Assembly (NCBI GenBank): GCA_963845535.1
Contig: CAWJSK010000019.1
Location: 1-64,000 of the forward strand
DNA from: an uncultured Spirochaetota bacterium
GTDB lineage: Bacteria; Spirochaetota; Spirochaetia; SZUA-6; Fen-1364
Length of the DNA stretch: 64,000 nt
Direction of reading: 5' to 3'
The position numbers and the translations under genes were made by a program. Under the pieces are notes generated by a model. The model saw only the letters and a program-made list of their open reading frames with translations, was not told the origin of the DNA and ran no database searches. Position 1 is the stretch's first letter; every line of letters begins with the position of its first letter. This document shows positions 42,722 to 52,797 of this stretch, piece after piece.

Positions 42722-43627
42722 TCATTTTGCAACCTTCTTTGTCCATGGTGCTATGGTCAGGCTGTTGCCGGCTTCAACGGGATCATAGACCGGCTTGAAC
42801 ATTGGGCGGGTGCGCAGGGTGCCGTTGAGCTCTTGCTCAATCCTATGCCGCGCAAGCTTAACGTACTTTGGAACCACCTCTGCGCCCGCGCCTCGACGGC
42901 CATGCCGAACGGCTGCAACTATCGTTGTTCCCGTTCCGAGGAATGGATCAAGCACCCAGCCGTCTTGCTCGCTCATGGAGAGCACCAGCCGTTCAATGAG
43001 TCCGACTGGGAATTGGCACGGATGCTCGGTTTTCTCGACATGGTTGCTCTTCACGTTGGGGATTATCCAAAGATCACTCGGATTTTTTCCGAGAGGATTA
43101 CTTGAATATTCGCCAGCGTTCGGTCCCTTGAAATGCTTTTTGCCCGGGTATTTTTGTGGCACGCGCACGGGGTCCAGGTTGAAAATGTAGTCTTCGGATT
43201 TGGTAAACCAGATAACGGTCTCATAACGCCCGGAGAAACGCCTGCTGCAATGCAAGCCATGCTCGAAGTGCCAGATTATTCTGTTCCTCATCTTTAGGCC
43301 AAACTTCGCGAAGATGGGATAGAGAACCGTATCTAGGGGGATGATGGCACCATCATCGACATAGTTACCAACCTGCCAGCAGATATTTCCCCGTGGAGAA
43401 AGAGCTCTGACGCACTCTCCAATCACTTTTTCTTGCTGTTCGAGATAGACTTCGAGCTTCAGGCGCTTTTCGTATTCCTTGCCGATGTTGTAGGGCGGAG
43501 AAGTCACAACTAGTTGCAAGGCTTCGTCAGGAACAGTCCGGAGAAGATCGAGGCAGTCTCCCGTATAGACTACGATATGCTCCGATTTCCCGAATCTCTG
43601 AACAATGCCACGGCCATTCAGCCCCAT
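42722..43627 (-). CDS. DNA methyltransferase, N4-C/N6-A beta class
   Basis: TSPPYN, HPCQFP, LDPFLGTGTT. Confidence 0.92.
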   Translation of the reverse strand: MGLNGRGIVQRFGKSEHIVVYTGDCLDLLRTVPDEALQLVVTSPPYNIGKEYEKRLKLEVYLEQQEKVIGECVRALSPRGNICWQVGNYVDDGAIIPLDTVLYPIFAKFGLKMRNRIIWHFEHGLHCSRRFSGRYETVIWFTKSEDYIFNLDPVRVPQKYPGKKHFKGPNAGEYSSNPLGKNPSDLWIIPNVKSNHVEKTEHPCQFPVGLIERLVLSMSEQDGWVLDPFLGTGTTIVAAVRHGRRGAGAEVVPKYVKLARHRIEQELNGTLRTRPMFKPVYDPVEAGNSLTIAPWTKKVAK

Positions 43628-43923
43628 CACTTCCCCTCCCCAGAGTCCCAATTGCAGGTCCAACGGCCTTACTCCTGATGGTATTTCGGCCACGGAGATC
43701 CGTCAACCGCCCCGTTGAGTGCCAGGGAAATCTTCATGTTCTGTTTTCGCACAATGCCAATAACCGCCCGACGTTTCCCAGCGCTTGCGGTGGCCTGCCT
43801 CGCGTAAGTGTAGCCCTTCAGGGAACGTTTGGGGAGGGTGGAGAACTTTTGCCGTCACGTCAGACGGAAATGAGTATAGCGCTTTGGGGGCTCTGGAGCT
43901 GTCTGCAGAAAAAGCGAAGAAAA

Positions 43924-43998
43924 TCGGGCTGGGCGGATTTGAACCGCCGACCCCTTGCACCCCAAGCAAGTACGCTAAACCAACTGCGCTACAGCCCG
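43924..43998 (-). tRNA. tRNA-Pro(GGG), CCA not encoded
   Basis: CGGGCTG acceptor stem; anticodon arm CTTGC-TTGGGGT-GCAAG; GGTTCAAATCC T arm. Confidence 0.95.
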
Positions 43999-44010
43999 AT
44001 TTTGTGTCGG

Positions 44011-44039
44011 AGCCTACCATCAGGGACCGCTACTGTCAA
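44011..44039 (-). promoter_or_regulatory. Sigma70-type tRNA promoter
   Basis: TTGACA-17 nt-TAGGCT just upstream of the tRNA. Confidence 0.7.
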
Positions 44040-44040
44040 G

Positions 44041-44093
44041 GTAACGCGCTGCGGGTAACGCGCTGCGGCGTGTCAAGGCGTAACGCGCTGCGG
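44041..44093. repeat. Three copies of GTAACGCGCTGCGG
   Basis: Exact 14-mers at 44041, 44055 and 44080. Confidence 0.85.
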
Positions 44094-44206
44094 GCCCAGG
44101 CAACGCTCGGCGGCGTGTGGCGCACCGCGGCGCCGCGCTCTCCTGCGCTGCCGCGCGTGACTCGCCGTCACGGGTGTCTTGATGATGATCGACCCTTTGC
44201 GATAAC

Positions 44207-45901
44207 TTGAAACCAATGGCAATCGCAAGGCAAGTCATTCTCAGAGTCCCGGTGCCGGCTCCCCGGCCGTCACCCGAGCCGCGGCTGCCGCTCCTGCTCC
44301 TCGTACTTGCATCGTCCATCCTCCTTCCCCTGGCCCTGCCAAGCGAGTTCTTCGGCGGCGCCATCCGCCTGCTCGGCCTCACCCCGGATGAGAGCTTCTT
44401 CTGGGGGAACGGAATGCTGGGGTTTGTGTGCATAGCTCCCGTCTTCTACGCCGTCTCTCGTGCACCGACATTCGGGTTCGCTTCCCTTCTGGGGGTTGTC
44501 TTCGGCGGAATCTCCACGGCTCTTGCCAACTACTGGCTCATGTTCTTCCAGGGCTACACGCTCTGGACCATGGGTGGCACGGTCCTGGGCTACATCGGCT
44601 ATAACGCCCTTCTGTTTCCTTTCCTGCAGGGAGTCTCACGCCTGAGCCCCCGCTACAGACCCTTTCTCCTGGCCACGGCGTGGTGCATCTACGAATACTT
44701 CAAGTCCATCGGGTTCCTCGGCTACCCATGGGGGCTGGTGGCATACCCGGCCGGAGCGTTCCTCCCGCTTGTGCAGTTCGTCGACATTACCGGGATATGG
44801 GGCCTTTCGTTCTTCATGGCTCTCATCAACGCGCTGATCGCGGAAGCCGCGCTCGCCGAACGCCGGGTCCTCTATCTCAGGCAGGCGGCGTTTGGCGTTT
44901 TCCTGATTGCCGCTGCCGTAGCGTACGGCGTCATTCGTATGGCCACTCCAATCCCGGCGGGCACCACGGCGTCCCTTCTCCTGGTCCAGCAGAACTCCAA
45001 TCCGTGGGAAGAGGGCGGCAAGGCCAACCAGAAAGCCGTCAGCGTCAACATGAATCTCACCACGCAGGGCCTTCGCGCAACCAAGCCCGCGCCTGATCTG
45101 GCGGTGTGGAGCGAAAGCTCCGTCACGAACGCCTGGGTGGACAATACCAATACGTTCAGTCCGCCGAACAATCCGCTGGAGCCGTTTTTCAAAACTACTG
45201 GTATCCCCATCCTTTTCGGCGGGGTGGTGGTTGTGAACTACGATCTGCAAGAGTACATGAACGCGGCCATCCTTGTTTCACCGCAGGGGAAGGTGGTGGA
45301 CACCTATGGCAAGATGCATCCCGTCCCGTTTGCAGAGAGCATTCCTTTTTTCGAATACCCGGCCGTTCAACGATTTTTCCGCAACGTCATCGGGGTCTGG
45401 AACCCGTGGTTCATGGGGAGCCGCTACACGATCTTTTCCGTTCCCCTCCGAGCCGGCGGCGTCCTGCGCTTCGGCGTCCCCATCTGCTTCGAGGACGCTT
45501 TTGCCAATCTCGACAGGGGCTACCTCCTGCGCGGCGCTGACATGCTGATCAACATCACCAATGACTCGTGGTCCGACACGTGGTCATCGGAAATCCAGCA
45601 TTTCACGGTGGCCCGATTCCGCGCAATCGAGAACCGACGCGTGCTTGTCAGGTCCACCAACGGCGGAGTCTCCGGAGTGGTGGGCCCGTGGGGAGAAGTC
45701 TGGGGGCGCATGCCTTTCTTCCAGCAGGCGTGGCGTACGGTGCACGTTCCCGTCTTCAAAGAACGCACGCTCACGCCGTACACCCGCTTCGGGGATTGGT
45801 TCCCCAAGGTCTTGATCGCCTTCCTTCTGATTGTGCTTGTTCTGAATGTAGCGATAAAAAAAAGAGAGGCCATCCTGAGCCTGCTGCCCCACAGAGGATA
45901 G
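44207..45901 (+). CDS. lnt: Apolipoprotein N-acyltransferase
   Basis: GYPWG, WSES, KMHPVPFAE, ICFED, RAIEN. Confidence 0.93.
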   Translation: MKPMAIARQVILRVPVPAPRPSPEPRLPLLLLVLASSILLPLALPSEFFGGAIRLLGLTPDESFFWGNGMLGFVCIAPVFYAVSRAPTFGFASLLGVVFGGISTALANYWLMFFQGYTLWTMGGTVLGYIGYNALLFPFLQGVSRLSPRYRPFLLATAWCIYEYFKSIGFLGYPWGLVAYPAGAFLPLVQFVDITGIWGLSFFMALINALIAEAALAERRVLYLRQAAFGVFLIAAAVAYGVIRMATPIPAGTTASLLLVQQNSNPWEEGGKANQKAVSVNMNLTTQGLRATKPAPDLAVWSESSVTNAWVDNTNTFSPPNNPLEPFFKTTGIPILFGGVVVVNYDLQEYMNAAILVSPQGKVVDTYGKMHPVPFAESIPFFEYPAVQRFFRNVIGVWNPWFMGSRYTIFSVPLRAGGVLRFGVPICFEDAFANLDRGYLLRGADMLINITNDSWSDTWSSEIQHFTVARFRAIENRRVLVRSTNGGVSGVVGPWGEVWGRMPFFQQAWRTVHVPVFKERTLTPYTRFGDWFPKVLIAFLLIVLVLNVAIKKREAILSLLPHRG

Positions 45902-45928
45902 CCTCGTCGGATTCAGGACGGAACCGCC

Positions 45929-46210
45929 TTACTGCATGTCGTCGTAGCCGCCCCTGCGGGGTTCCTTTGGCTTTGCGAAGTTGACCTTGATGTTCCTTCC
46001 ATCTACGGGGGTTTCATTCAACGCCTTGATGGCGGCTTCCGCCTCCGGCTGGTTGGCCATTTCGATAAACCCGAAGCCCTTGGATCTTCCGGTCTGTCGG
46101 TCCTTGATTACTTTGCTTGTCTCAACAGCACCGTACGGGGTGAACAATTGACGCAGGGAATCCTCGTCAATCCGGTAGGGAAGGTTCCCTACGTACAGAT
46201 TCACAGCCAT
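45929..46210 (-). CDS. RRM RNA-binding protein
   Basis: LYVGNL (RNP2), KGFGFIEM (RNP1). Confidence 0.95.
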   Translation of the reverse strand: MAVNLYVGNLPYRIDEDSLRQLFTPYGAVETSKVIKDRQTGRSKGFGFIEMANQPEAEAAIKALNETPVDGRNIKVNFAKPKEPRRGGYDDMQ

Positions 46211-46512
46211 ACACACTCCTTTTCCGAAAAAACTGTTTCTTGGAGCACGAACGGGTAGGAAAAAACTTCCGAAGCAGCAGGACTCGTGACCAAAGCAGGC
46301 TGATTTTAGCCGCTTTTATACCTGCACGCAAGCTTTTTTTTCGGCGTTGTTCGACGGCGTTAGCGGCGTCCCCCGAACGCGCACGGCCTCCGCCGAACAC
46401 GCACTTGCGTACCCGCGTACGGGCCCCCGCCGAACGCTGGTGCAATAGCGGAGGGGCCGCGCCGCCGGCTTGCACCGTTGGCACGCGCCCCTCCGCGTTA
46501 TTGCTGGCCCCG

Positions 46513-47757
46513 CTATTTCTTTCCGTGAACCAGGGCGGCCACCATGGCGGGAAGCCCGTAAAGGTTGATGAACCCCGTGGCATCCGCGTGGTCGTAGCTG
46601 GTTGCGCCAAATGAGGCAAGGTCCTTCTGGTACATCGAGTACGGGGACTTGCGCCCCGCAATCACGATGTTTCCTTTATAAAGGACAAGCCGCACCGTGC
46701 CCGTGGTGAAAGCGGACACCTGCTCCATGAATGCCTCCAGGGATTCGCGAAGCGGAGTGAACCACTTCCCGCCGTAGACCAGGTCCGCGTAGGTCTGGGC
46801 CACGTTCTGCTTGAAATGCAGGCAGTCCGTGTCCAGCGTCAGCATCTCCAGCTCCCGGACCGCGGTGTACAGGATGGTCCCGCCCGGAGTCTCATAGACC
46901 CCCCGGCTCTTCATTCCCACCCTGCGGTTCTCCACCACGTCCGCCCTGCCAATTGCGTTCTCCGCTCCCAGCGCGTTCACGGTGGTAAGGATCTGGAACG
47001 GGCTCATCGTCTTGCCGTCCACGGATACCGGGATGCCTTTTTCGAAATCGATCGTCACCTCGGTCTCTTTATCCGGGGCTTCTTTCAAGGACTTCGTGAT
47101 CTGGAACATGGATTCCTGCGGCCTGTTCCACGGATCTTCCAGGTCCCCGCCCTCATGGCTGATGTGCCATGCGTTCATGTCCCGAGAATAGATGTTCTTC
47201 TTGGTGATATTGCCGAGCGGGACGCCATGAGTCTTTGCGTAATCGATGGCTTCCTCCCGCGATCGGATGTTCCACATTCGCCACGGGGCAATCACGACCA
47301 GTTGCGGCGCAAGCGCCTTGTAAGCCAGCTCGAACCTGACCTGGTCATTTCCCTTCCCCGTGCACCCATGGGACACCGCGTCTGCCCCTTCTTTCAGGGC
47401 GATTTCGACCTGCGCCTTTGCCTGAAGGGGCCGGGCGATGGAAGTCCCCAGAAGGTATTTCCCCTCGTAGATGGCTCCCGAGCGGAGCATGGGGAAAAGG
47501 TAGTCCCGCGCAAACTCCTCCCGCAGGTCCATGATGTACAGCTTGGAGGCGCCTGAGGCCTTGGCCTTCTCCTCCAGGCCGCTCAGGTCCTCGTTCTGCC
47601 CCACGTCCGTGCAGACTCCGACCACCTCCGCGCCTTTGTAGTTTTCCTTCAGCCAGGGGATGATGATGGAGGTGTCGAGGCCTCCTGAATACGCAAGGAC
47701 TATTTTCTTCACGTCTTTCTTGACGATGCCTGATCGAATCCCGTTTCCTTCGCTCAT
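46513..47757 (-). CDS. argG: Argininosuccinate synthase
   Basis: AYSGGLDTS, HGCTGKGNDQVRFE, SRGVYETP. Confidence 0.97.
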   Translation of the reverse strand: MSEGNGIRSGIVKKDVKKIVLAYSGGLDTSIIIPWLKENYKGAEVVGVCTDVGQNEDLSGLEEKAKASGASKLYIMDLREEFARDYLFPMLRSGAIYEGKYLLGTSIARPLQAKAQVEIALKEGADAVSHGCTGKGNDQVRFELAYKALAPQLVVIAPWRMWNIRSREEAIDYAKTHGVPLGNITKKNIYSRDMNAWHISHEGGDLEDPWNRPQESMFQITKSLKEAPDKETEVTIDFEKGIPVSVDGKTMSPFQILTTVNALGAENAIGRADVVENRRVGMKSRGVYETPGGTILYTAVRELEMLTLDTDCLHFKQNVAQTYADLVYGGKWFTPLRESLEAFMEQVSAFTTGTVRLVLYKGNIVIAGRKSPYSMYQKDLASFGATSYDHADATGFINLYGLPAMVAALVHGKK

Positions 47758-48953
47758 GCCAGAGCCTCCTCGATGATCTGAACGCCTTTGCTGATTTCCG
47801 CTTCACTCATGATGAGAGGCGGTGCCAGGCGGATGCTGTTCGTTCCCGAGCGCAGCGCGAGGAGCCCCCGTGCCTGCAGGCGGGAAAGCAGGTCCTTCAC
47901 GTCCCCTCCCGTGTATTCGAATCCTTGAAGGAGGCCCTTACCGAGCAGCGCACCCACGCTTTTCTGCCGGGTTTTCAAGGCCTCCAGCCCTTTTCTCAGG
48001 TACTCTCCGCGCTGGCGCACCCGTTGGATGAACCCGGGCTGTGACACCAGCTCCCACACTTTGGCCGCCACCGCGGTGGTTACCGGTCCGCCGCCAAACG
48101 TGGTGCCGTGCTCCCCGGCGTGGATGAGACGCTCCACCTTCTCAGGGATCAGGACGGCGGAGAGAGGCAGGCCTCCGGCGATGGGTTTTGCCAGCGTGAT
48201 GATGTCCGGCTCGAGGCCCACGCCCTCGGACCCATAGAATGTGCCCGTCCGTGCCATGCCCGTTTGCACTTCATCCGCGATAAGAATTGCTCCGGCCTTC
48301 CGGCAGCCATCGTTCAGCGCCCGGGCAAACTCCACCGTCATTGTCCTCAAACCGCCTTCCCCCTGGAGCACTTCGACAATGACGCCGGCCACGTGATCAT
48401 CCAGCATCCCCTTGAGGGCATCGACGTCGTTGTACGGCGCAACGGAGACACCTGGCACCAGCGGCTGGAAAGGCTCCTGGTACTTTGCGCTAGGCGTGCA
48501 GGAAAGGGCCCCGAAGGTCCTCCCGTGGAAACCGTTCTCGAAGCACAGGAGCCGGTCATGGCCAAGACCCTTGGTGCGCAAGGAATGAAGCCGCGCGTAC
48601 TTCAGCGCCGCTTCGTTGGCCTCGGTGCCGCTGTTGCCGAAAAAGACCGAAGCGAACTTGTACGGTCCCGTTGCCAGCATGAGCCGCGCCAGGGAAAGTG
48701 CCGGCTCGGTGGTGAACAGGTTGGAGACGTGATTGAGCTTTCGCATCTGCTGCGCGGCAACCTTTGCCAGGTCTGATCTGCCGTACCCCAGGGCGTTCAC
48801 GGCGATCCCGCCGGCAAAATCCAGGTACTTTTTTCCGGCGATATCCTGGAGCCAGACCCCTTTGCCGCGGGAAATGACCAGCAGCTCCGTTCCGTACTGG
48901 CGGGGGAACGGAAGGTCCGTTGCCATAGCGGGGTCGTGTGTTTTCATTTCCAT
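47754..48953 (-). CDS. argD: Acetylornithine aminotransferase
   Basis: NSGTEANEAA, FHGRT, DEVQTG, HGTTFGG. Confidence 0.93.
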   Translation of the reverse strand: MEMKTHDPAMATDLPFPRQYGTELLVISRGKGVWLQDIAGKKYLDFAGGIAVNALGYGRSDLAKVAAQQMRKLNHVSNLFTTEPALSLARLMLATGPYKFASVFFGNSGTEANEAALKYARLHSLRTKGLGHDRLLCFENGFHGRTFGALSCTPSAKYQEPFQPLVPGVSVAPYNDVDALKGMLDDHVAGVIVEVLQGEGGLRTMTVEFARALNDGCRKAGAILIADEVQTGMARTGTFYGSEGVGLEPDIITLAKPIAGGLPLSAVLIPEKVERLIHAGEHGTTFGGGPVTTAVAAKVWELVSQPGFIQRVRQRGEYLRKGLEALKTRQKSVGALLGKGLLQGFEYTGGDVKDLLSRLQARGLLALRSGTNSIRLAPPLIMSEAEISKGVQIIEEALA

Positions 48954-49727
48954 ATTCTTGTTCCTTTTCTGCCATCGAGGAGCGCTGCCAGGGATCCTGG
49001 CTCCTCGTATTGACCTATGATGACCGTTTGGACGCCTTTCCCGAGCGCGTCGATGGACGCCGAAACCTTCGGCACCATTCCACCTGTAATAACCCCGGAG
49101 CGGGTGAGCGTTCCCGCCTGTTCGGTGGAAAGCTCGCGGATCACGTTTCCGTCCGAAATGATTCCGGGTATGTCGGAGAGAAAGACCAGCGCGGAGCAGC
49201 GAAGCCGGGCGGCAAGGCTGAACGCGGCAGTGTCCGCATTGAGATTCAGGGCGAGGCCCTCTTTGTCCATGGCGGGTGAGGCGATCACCGGGAGGAAGCC
49301 CTTTTCCAGGAGAAGTACCAGCAGCCTGTCATCCGCCTCCACGACATCCCCGGTCCGGGAAAGAGAGCCGTCCGGCAGCGTCCCGGCGGATTTTCCCTCG
49401 AGGATGCCGCCGTCAGCGCCGCTCAGGCCCACGGCGTCCAGCCCGCGCGTGCGAAAGAGGCGCACGAGCTGCTTGTTGATCTTGCCGGCAAGGACCATGT
49501 CCACGATTTCCATCTCCGCGGCAGAGGTCTGGCGCAGCTCCGTTCGAGAATACCGTGGTGATCCCGAGCTTCTTCGAAACTGATGTCACCTCAGCGCCGC
49601 CGCCGTGCACAAGGATGAAGCTGCGGTCCACGGAAAGCGCGAGCATCTCCCTTGCAAGGCTTGCAAGGTTGGCTTCATTCTCAGCCGCCTTGCCGCCGAT
49701 TTTCAGAAGAACCAGATTCCCTTTCAC
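48944..49727 (-). CDS. argB: Acetylglutamate kinase (frameshift near 49540)
   Basis: KIGG, VHGGG, NLNAD and GGMVPK split over two frames. Confidence 0.9.
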
Positions 49728-49728
49728 T

Positions 49729-50779
49729 CTACAGCTCCGCCCCGGAGGGGAGCCCAGCGCATTCGTCTATGCCGAACCTGATGTTCATGTCCTGCACGGC
49801 CTGGCCCGAGGCTCCCTTGACGAGGTTGTCTATGACGGAGAAAAGCATGAGGTGCCCGTCCTCGATCCGCCATCCAATGTCGCACCGGTTGGATCCCCAC
49901 ACGTCCCGGGTCTGGGGGACCCGCTCCGCGGTCAGGGAGACAAAGGGCCGGCCGCCGTACGCCTCATGGTAGAGCCCGGCAACCGCCTCCGAAGAGATGG
50001 AGGACGCGAGCCTCGCCACCGTTGTCACCGCCATTCCTCGCCGCAGCGGCGCCATGTGAGGCGTGAACAAGAGGGACAAAGCCTTGTCTGCGGCTGTCAG
50101 CTCCTGGGCAATTTCCTGCGCATGCCGATGCGAAGTGCCCGGGGAATAGGCGTTGACGTTCTCCGAGCGCTCGACGTACAGGAGGTCCACCTTTTCCTTT
50201 CGGCCTGCGCCGGATATTCCCGAGATGGCATTGACGATCACCGTGCCCTCCAGGATTCCCGCTTTTGCAAGCGGCAGGATGGGGAGAAGCGTCGCGGTAG
50301 GGTAGCAGCCTGGGACGGCAATGATGTCCGCGGCCCGAATCTGCTCCGTGCGCCATTCCGCAAGTCCGTACACTGCTTGGGAGGAAAGATCAGGCCGGGG
50401 CATTGCGGCTCCGTAGGCTTTTGCAAAGACCGCAGGGTCCTTGAGCCGGAAGTCCGCGGAAAGATCGATCACCACGGTCTTCCCCAGCAGGGGACCACAG
50501 ACCTCCGCGGATTTCAGGTGCGGAAGGGCGGAAAACACGACGTCCAGCTCCCCCGCTGAGGCTGCCTTCACGGCTTCATCCAGGGAGACAAGCTTGCCTC
50601 CGCTGGCGGCCCATCTTCTGTTCAATGGCCGGGGAAAGGCCCGGGTCAACAGCCCGGACTTGTTGGCCCGCCTGGGAGGAGGAGACGGCGATGATTTCCC
50701 GCACCTCGGGATGCGTCGAGAGAAGGCGGAGAAGGATGCCGCCGGTGTAGCCAGTTGCGCCAAGCACTGCTGTTTTCAT
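49729..50779 (-). CDS. argC: N-acetyl-gamma-glutamyl-phosphate reductase (frameshift near 50610)
   Basis: GATGYTG, DLSADFRL, PGCYPT, DNLVKGASGQA. Confidence 0.92.
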
Positions 50780-51285
50780 TCGTTGCCCTCCGGGAAATCT
50801 GGGATCCGGCCCTTCATGGCTTTCATGAGACGGGCTGGGGAAACGCCGTTGCGCGGGACCACGAGAATGGTGTCATCTCCCGCAATGGTGCCGAGCACCT
50901 CGGACACCCTGAGGTGGTCCAAAGCCGCTGCCACGCTGTTTGCGTGACCAGGGAGCGTGCGGATCAGCCCGAGGGGCCCGGAAAACTCCAATGAGAGGAA
51001 GCCGCGCGTGAAGTCCTGGATGAAGGTCTGGTCCGATGCAGGAGCGGGGTCTTCCGATGTCAGGACGTACGTGTAGCCTCCGTCCGGCCGGGGGGCCTTG
51101 CCGATCCCCATGCGTTTCAGGTCCCGGGAAAGGGTGGCCTGCGTGGCCACGAAGCCTTCTCTGCGCAGGAGTGCAATGAGGGTTTCCTGGCTGTCCACGG
51201 CGCCGCGGGCAATGATGCGCCTGATGGCGGTGAGCCGCTCGATTTTCGTGCCCCTCCGGCGCGCCCCTGTGGAATATTTATTCAT
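50776..51285 (-). CDS. argR: Arginine repressor (start uncertain)
   Basis: SQE, TQATLSRD, TLPG, GTIAGDDT. Confidence 0.93.
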   Translation of the reverse strand: MNKYSTGARRRGTKIERLTAIRRIIARGAVDSQETLIALLRREGFVATQATLSRDLKRMGIGKAPRPDGGYTYVLTSEDPAPASDQTFIQDFTRGFLSLEFSGPLGLIRTLPGHANSVAAALDHLRVSEVLGTIAGDDTILVVPRNGVSPARLMKAMKGRIPDFPEGNE

Positions 51286-51307
51286 AGTTACTGGATACAT
51301 ATACAAA
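51269..51307. promoter_or_regulatory. Tandem ARG boxes
   Basis: Minus-strand cores TGTATATGTATCCA and TGAATAAATATTCC in 18+3+18 spacing, downstream of TTGACG. Confidence 0.75.
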
Positions 51308-51384
51308 TGACGCGATTGCGTCAAGTGGGGAGGGGCGCTTTTCCAGTCTTGCCACCTCCGCGCGCGGCGCCGTAGAGTGAGCGC

Positions 51385-51951
51385 GTGAAAATCTGCGTGT
51401 TCTGTTCCTCCAGCGACGCCGTGGGTCCCGCCTATTTTGCGGCGGCCGCAGAGATGGGAAGACTGATCGGCGCGGACGGTCACACGCTCGTCTACGGCGG
51501 CGGCAAGGTCGGCATGATGGGCGCCGTGGCCCGCGCCGTGCACGGCAGCGGCGGCCGGGTCATTGGCATCATACCCGACTTCATGCATCGCAAGGCCGTG
51601 GCCTACGAAAGGTGTGACGAGCTGACGGTCACCACCGACATGCGCGAGCGCAAGGCCAGGATGATGGAGACATCAGAGGCGTTCGTGGCCCTGCCGGGAG
51701 GCTTTGGAACGCTGGAGGAGCTTTCAGAGCTGATCACGCAGCTCCAGTTCGGCATCCTGGTGCGACCCTTCGTGCTCGTCAATACGCTGGGGTTCTTTGA
51801 GCCCCTCGCCGCGGTTTTCCAGAAGTTCTACGAGGAAAGATTCGCCAAGCCGGAGCTGGGGCAGGTGCTGTCACTGGTGGCTGACCCGGCCCAGGCCATG
51901 GAGCGAATCCTCGCCTTTGTACCGCCGCCGCTCGTGAGCAAGTGGTTCTAA
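51385..51951 (+). CDS. LOG family (TIGR00730) protein
   Basis: LVYGGG, MRERK, PGGFGTLEE. Confidence 0.92.
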   Translation: MKICVFCSSSDAVGPAYFAAAAEMGRLIGADGHTLVYGGGKVGMMGAVARAVHGSGGRVIGIIPDFMHRKAVAYERCDELTVTTDMRERKARMMETSEAFVALPGGFGTLEELSELITQLQFGILVRPFVLVNTLGFFEPLAAVFQKFYEERFAKPELGQVLSLVADPAQAMERILAFVPPPLVSKWF

Positions 51952-51999
51952 AGGCAGGGGCTCCCGGCGCCCAAGGGCGCCCGCCGCGCGAGCCCCGCC

Positions 52000-52797
52000 T
52001 TAGAGCACCTCCTGCTGCGTGAGGATCTCCTTCATCGTGCGCGCGTTCTGCGCGGCGCTTCCCCGCCAGTGGTTGTTGAAAAAGATCAGCATGATGTGCA
52101 CGCGGGAAAGGATGGTCCTCACTCGGTCCACCCATTCCCCCAGCTCCGCGGAATCATAGAGATAGTCGTAGCGGGACGCGTTGTCTCCGGTCCACCACTG
52201 CGCCTTGTTCCTCCCATGGAACCGCAGGTACGCGAGGTCCGACGTGACCTCCGTGGTTGGCCGCAGGAGCCGGGGAAGGTTGGGCTCATCCACGCTCACA
52301 ATGGCGGCCCCTCTCTGGCGCAGTCCTTCCAGCACCGGAGGCCGAAGCCAGTCGCTCTTTCGAAACTCCACCGCCAGGGGGAGGCCTTCCAGCTTGCCGC
52401 AGAGAGTGGCCAGGCGCTCGCGCGACTCCGGGGTGTAGCCGAAGCTGTAAGGAAACTGGAGGAGGACGGCCGCAAGCCGATTCGCTTCCACAAGCGGCGT
52501 GATCCCGGATCGAAACGCGCTGATATCGCTTTCCCAGCTTTCCCCGATCTCATGGGTCATGGTTCGGTGTGCCTTGAGCGCAAAGAGGAAGCCGTCAGGG
52601 GTCGTACTAATCATTCGCTCCAGCGTCCGCGGGACAGGCTGTTGATAGTAGGAGAAGTTGAGCTCCACCACCGGAAACAGCTTTGAATAGAGGGAAAGGA
52701 AATCCTGCTTGCGGGTGCCGGGCGGGTAGACCGGGCCGACCCAGTCATCGTAGGAGTAGCCGCTGGTGCCAATGAGGAGGCGCGGTTCTTCGGCCAT
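52000..52797 (-). CDS. DUF72 domain protein
   Basis: GTSGYSY, VELNFSYY, LLQFP, YLRFHGRN. Confidence 0.92.
   Translation of the reverse strand: MAEEPRLLIGTSGYSYDDWVGPVYPPGTRKQDFLSLYSKLFPVVELNFSYYQQPVPRTLERMISTTPDGFLFALKAHRTMTHEIGESWESDISAFRSGITPLVEANRLAAVLLQFPYSFGYTPESRERLATLCGKLEGLPLAVEFRKSDWLRPPVLEGLRQRGAAIVSVDEPNLPRLLRPTTEVTSDLAYLRFHGRNKAQWWTGDNASRYDYLYDSAELGEWVDRVRTILSRVHIMLIFFNNHWRGSAAQNARTMKEILTQQEVL

Noticed and set aside
48944..50779. Programmed frameshifting or true pseudogenes in argB, argC, lacZ and the BMP gene
   Set aside because: No slippery heptamers, the genes are otherwise intact, and the pattern fits sequencing indels
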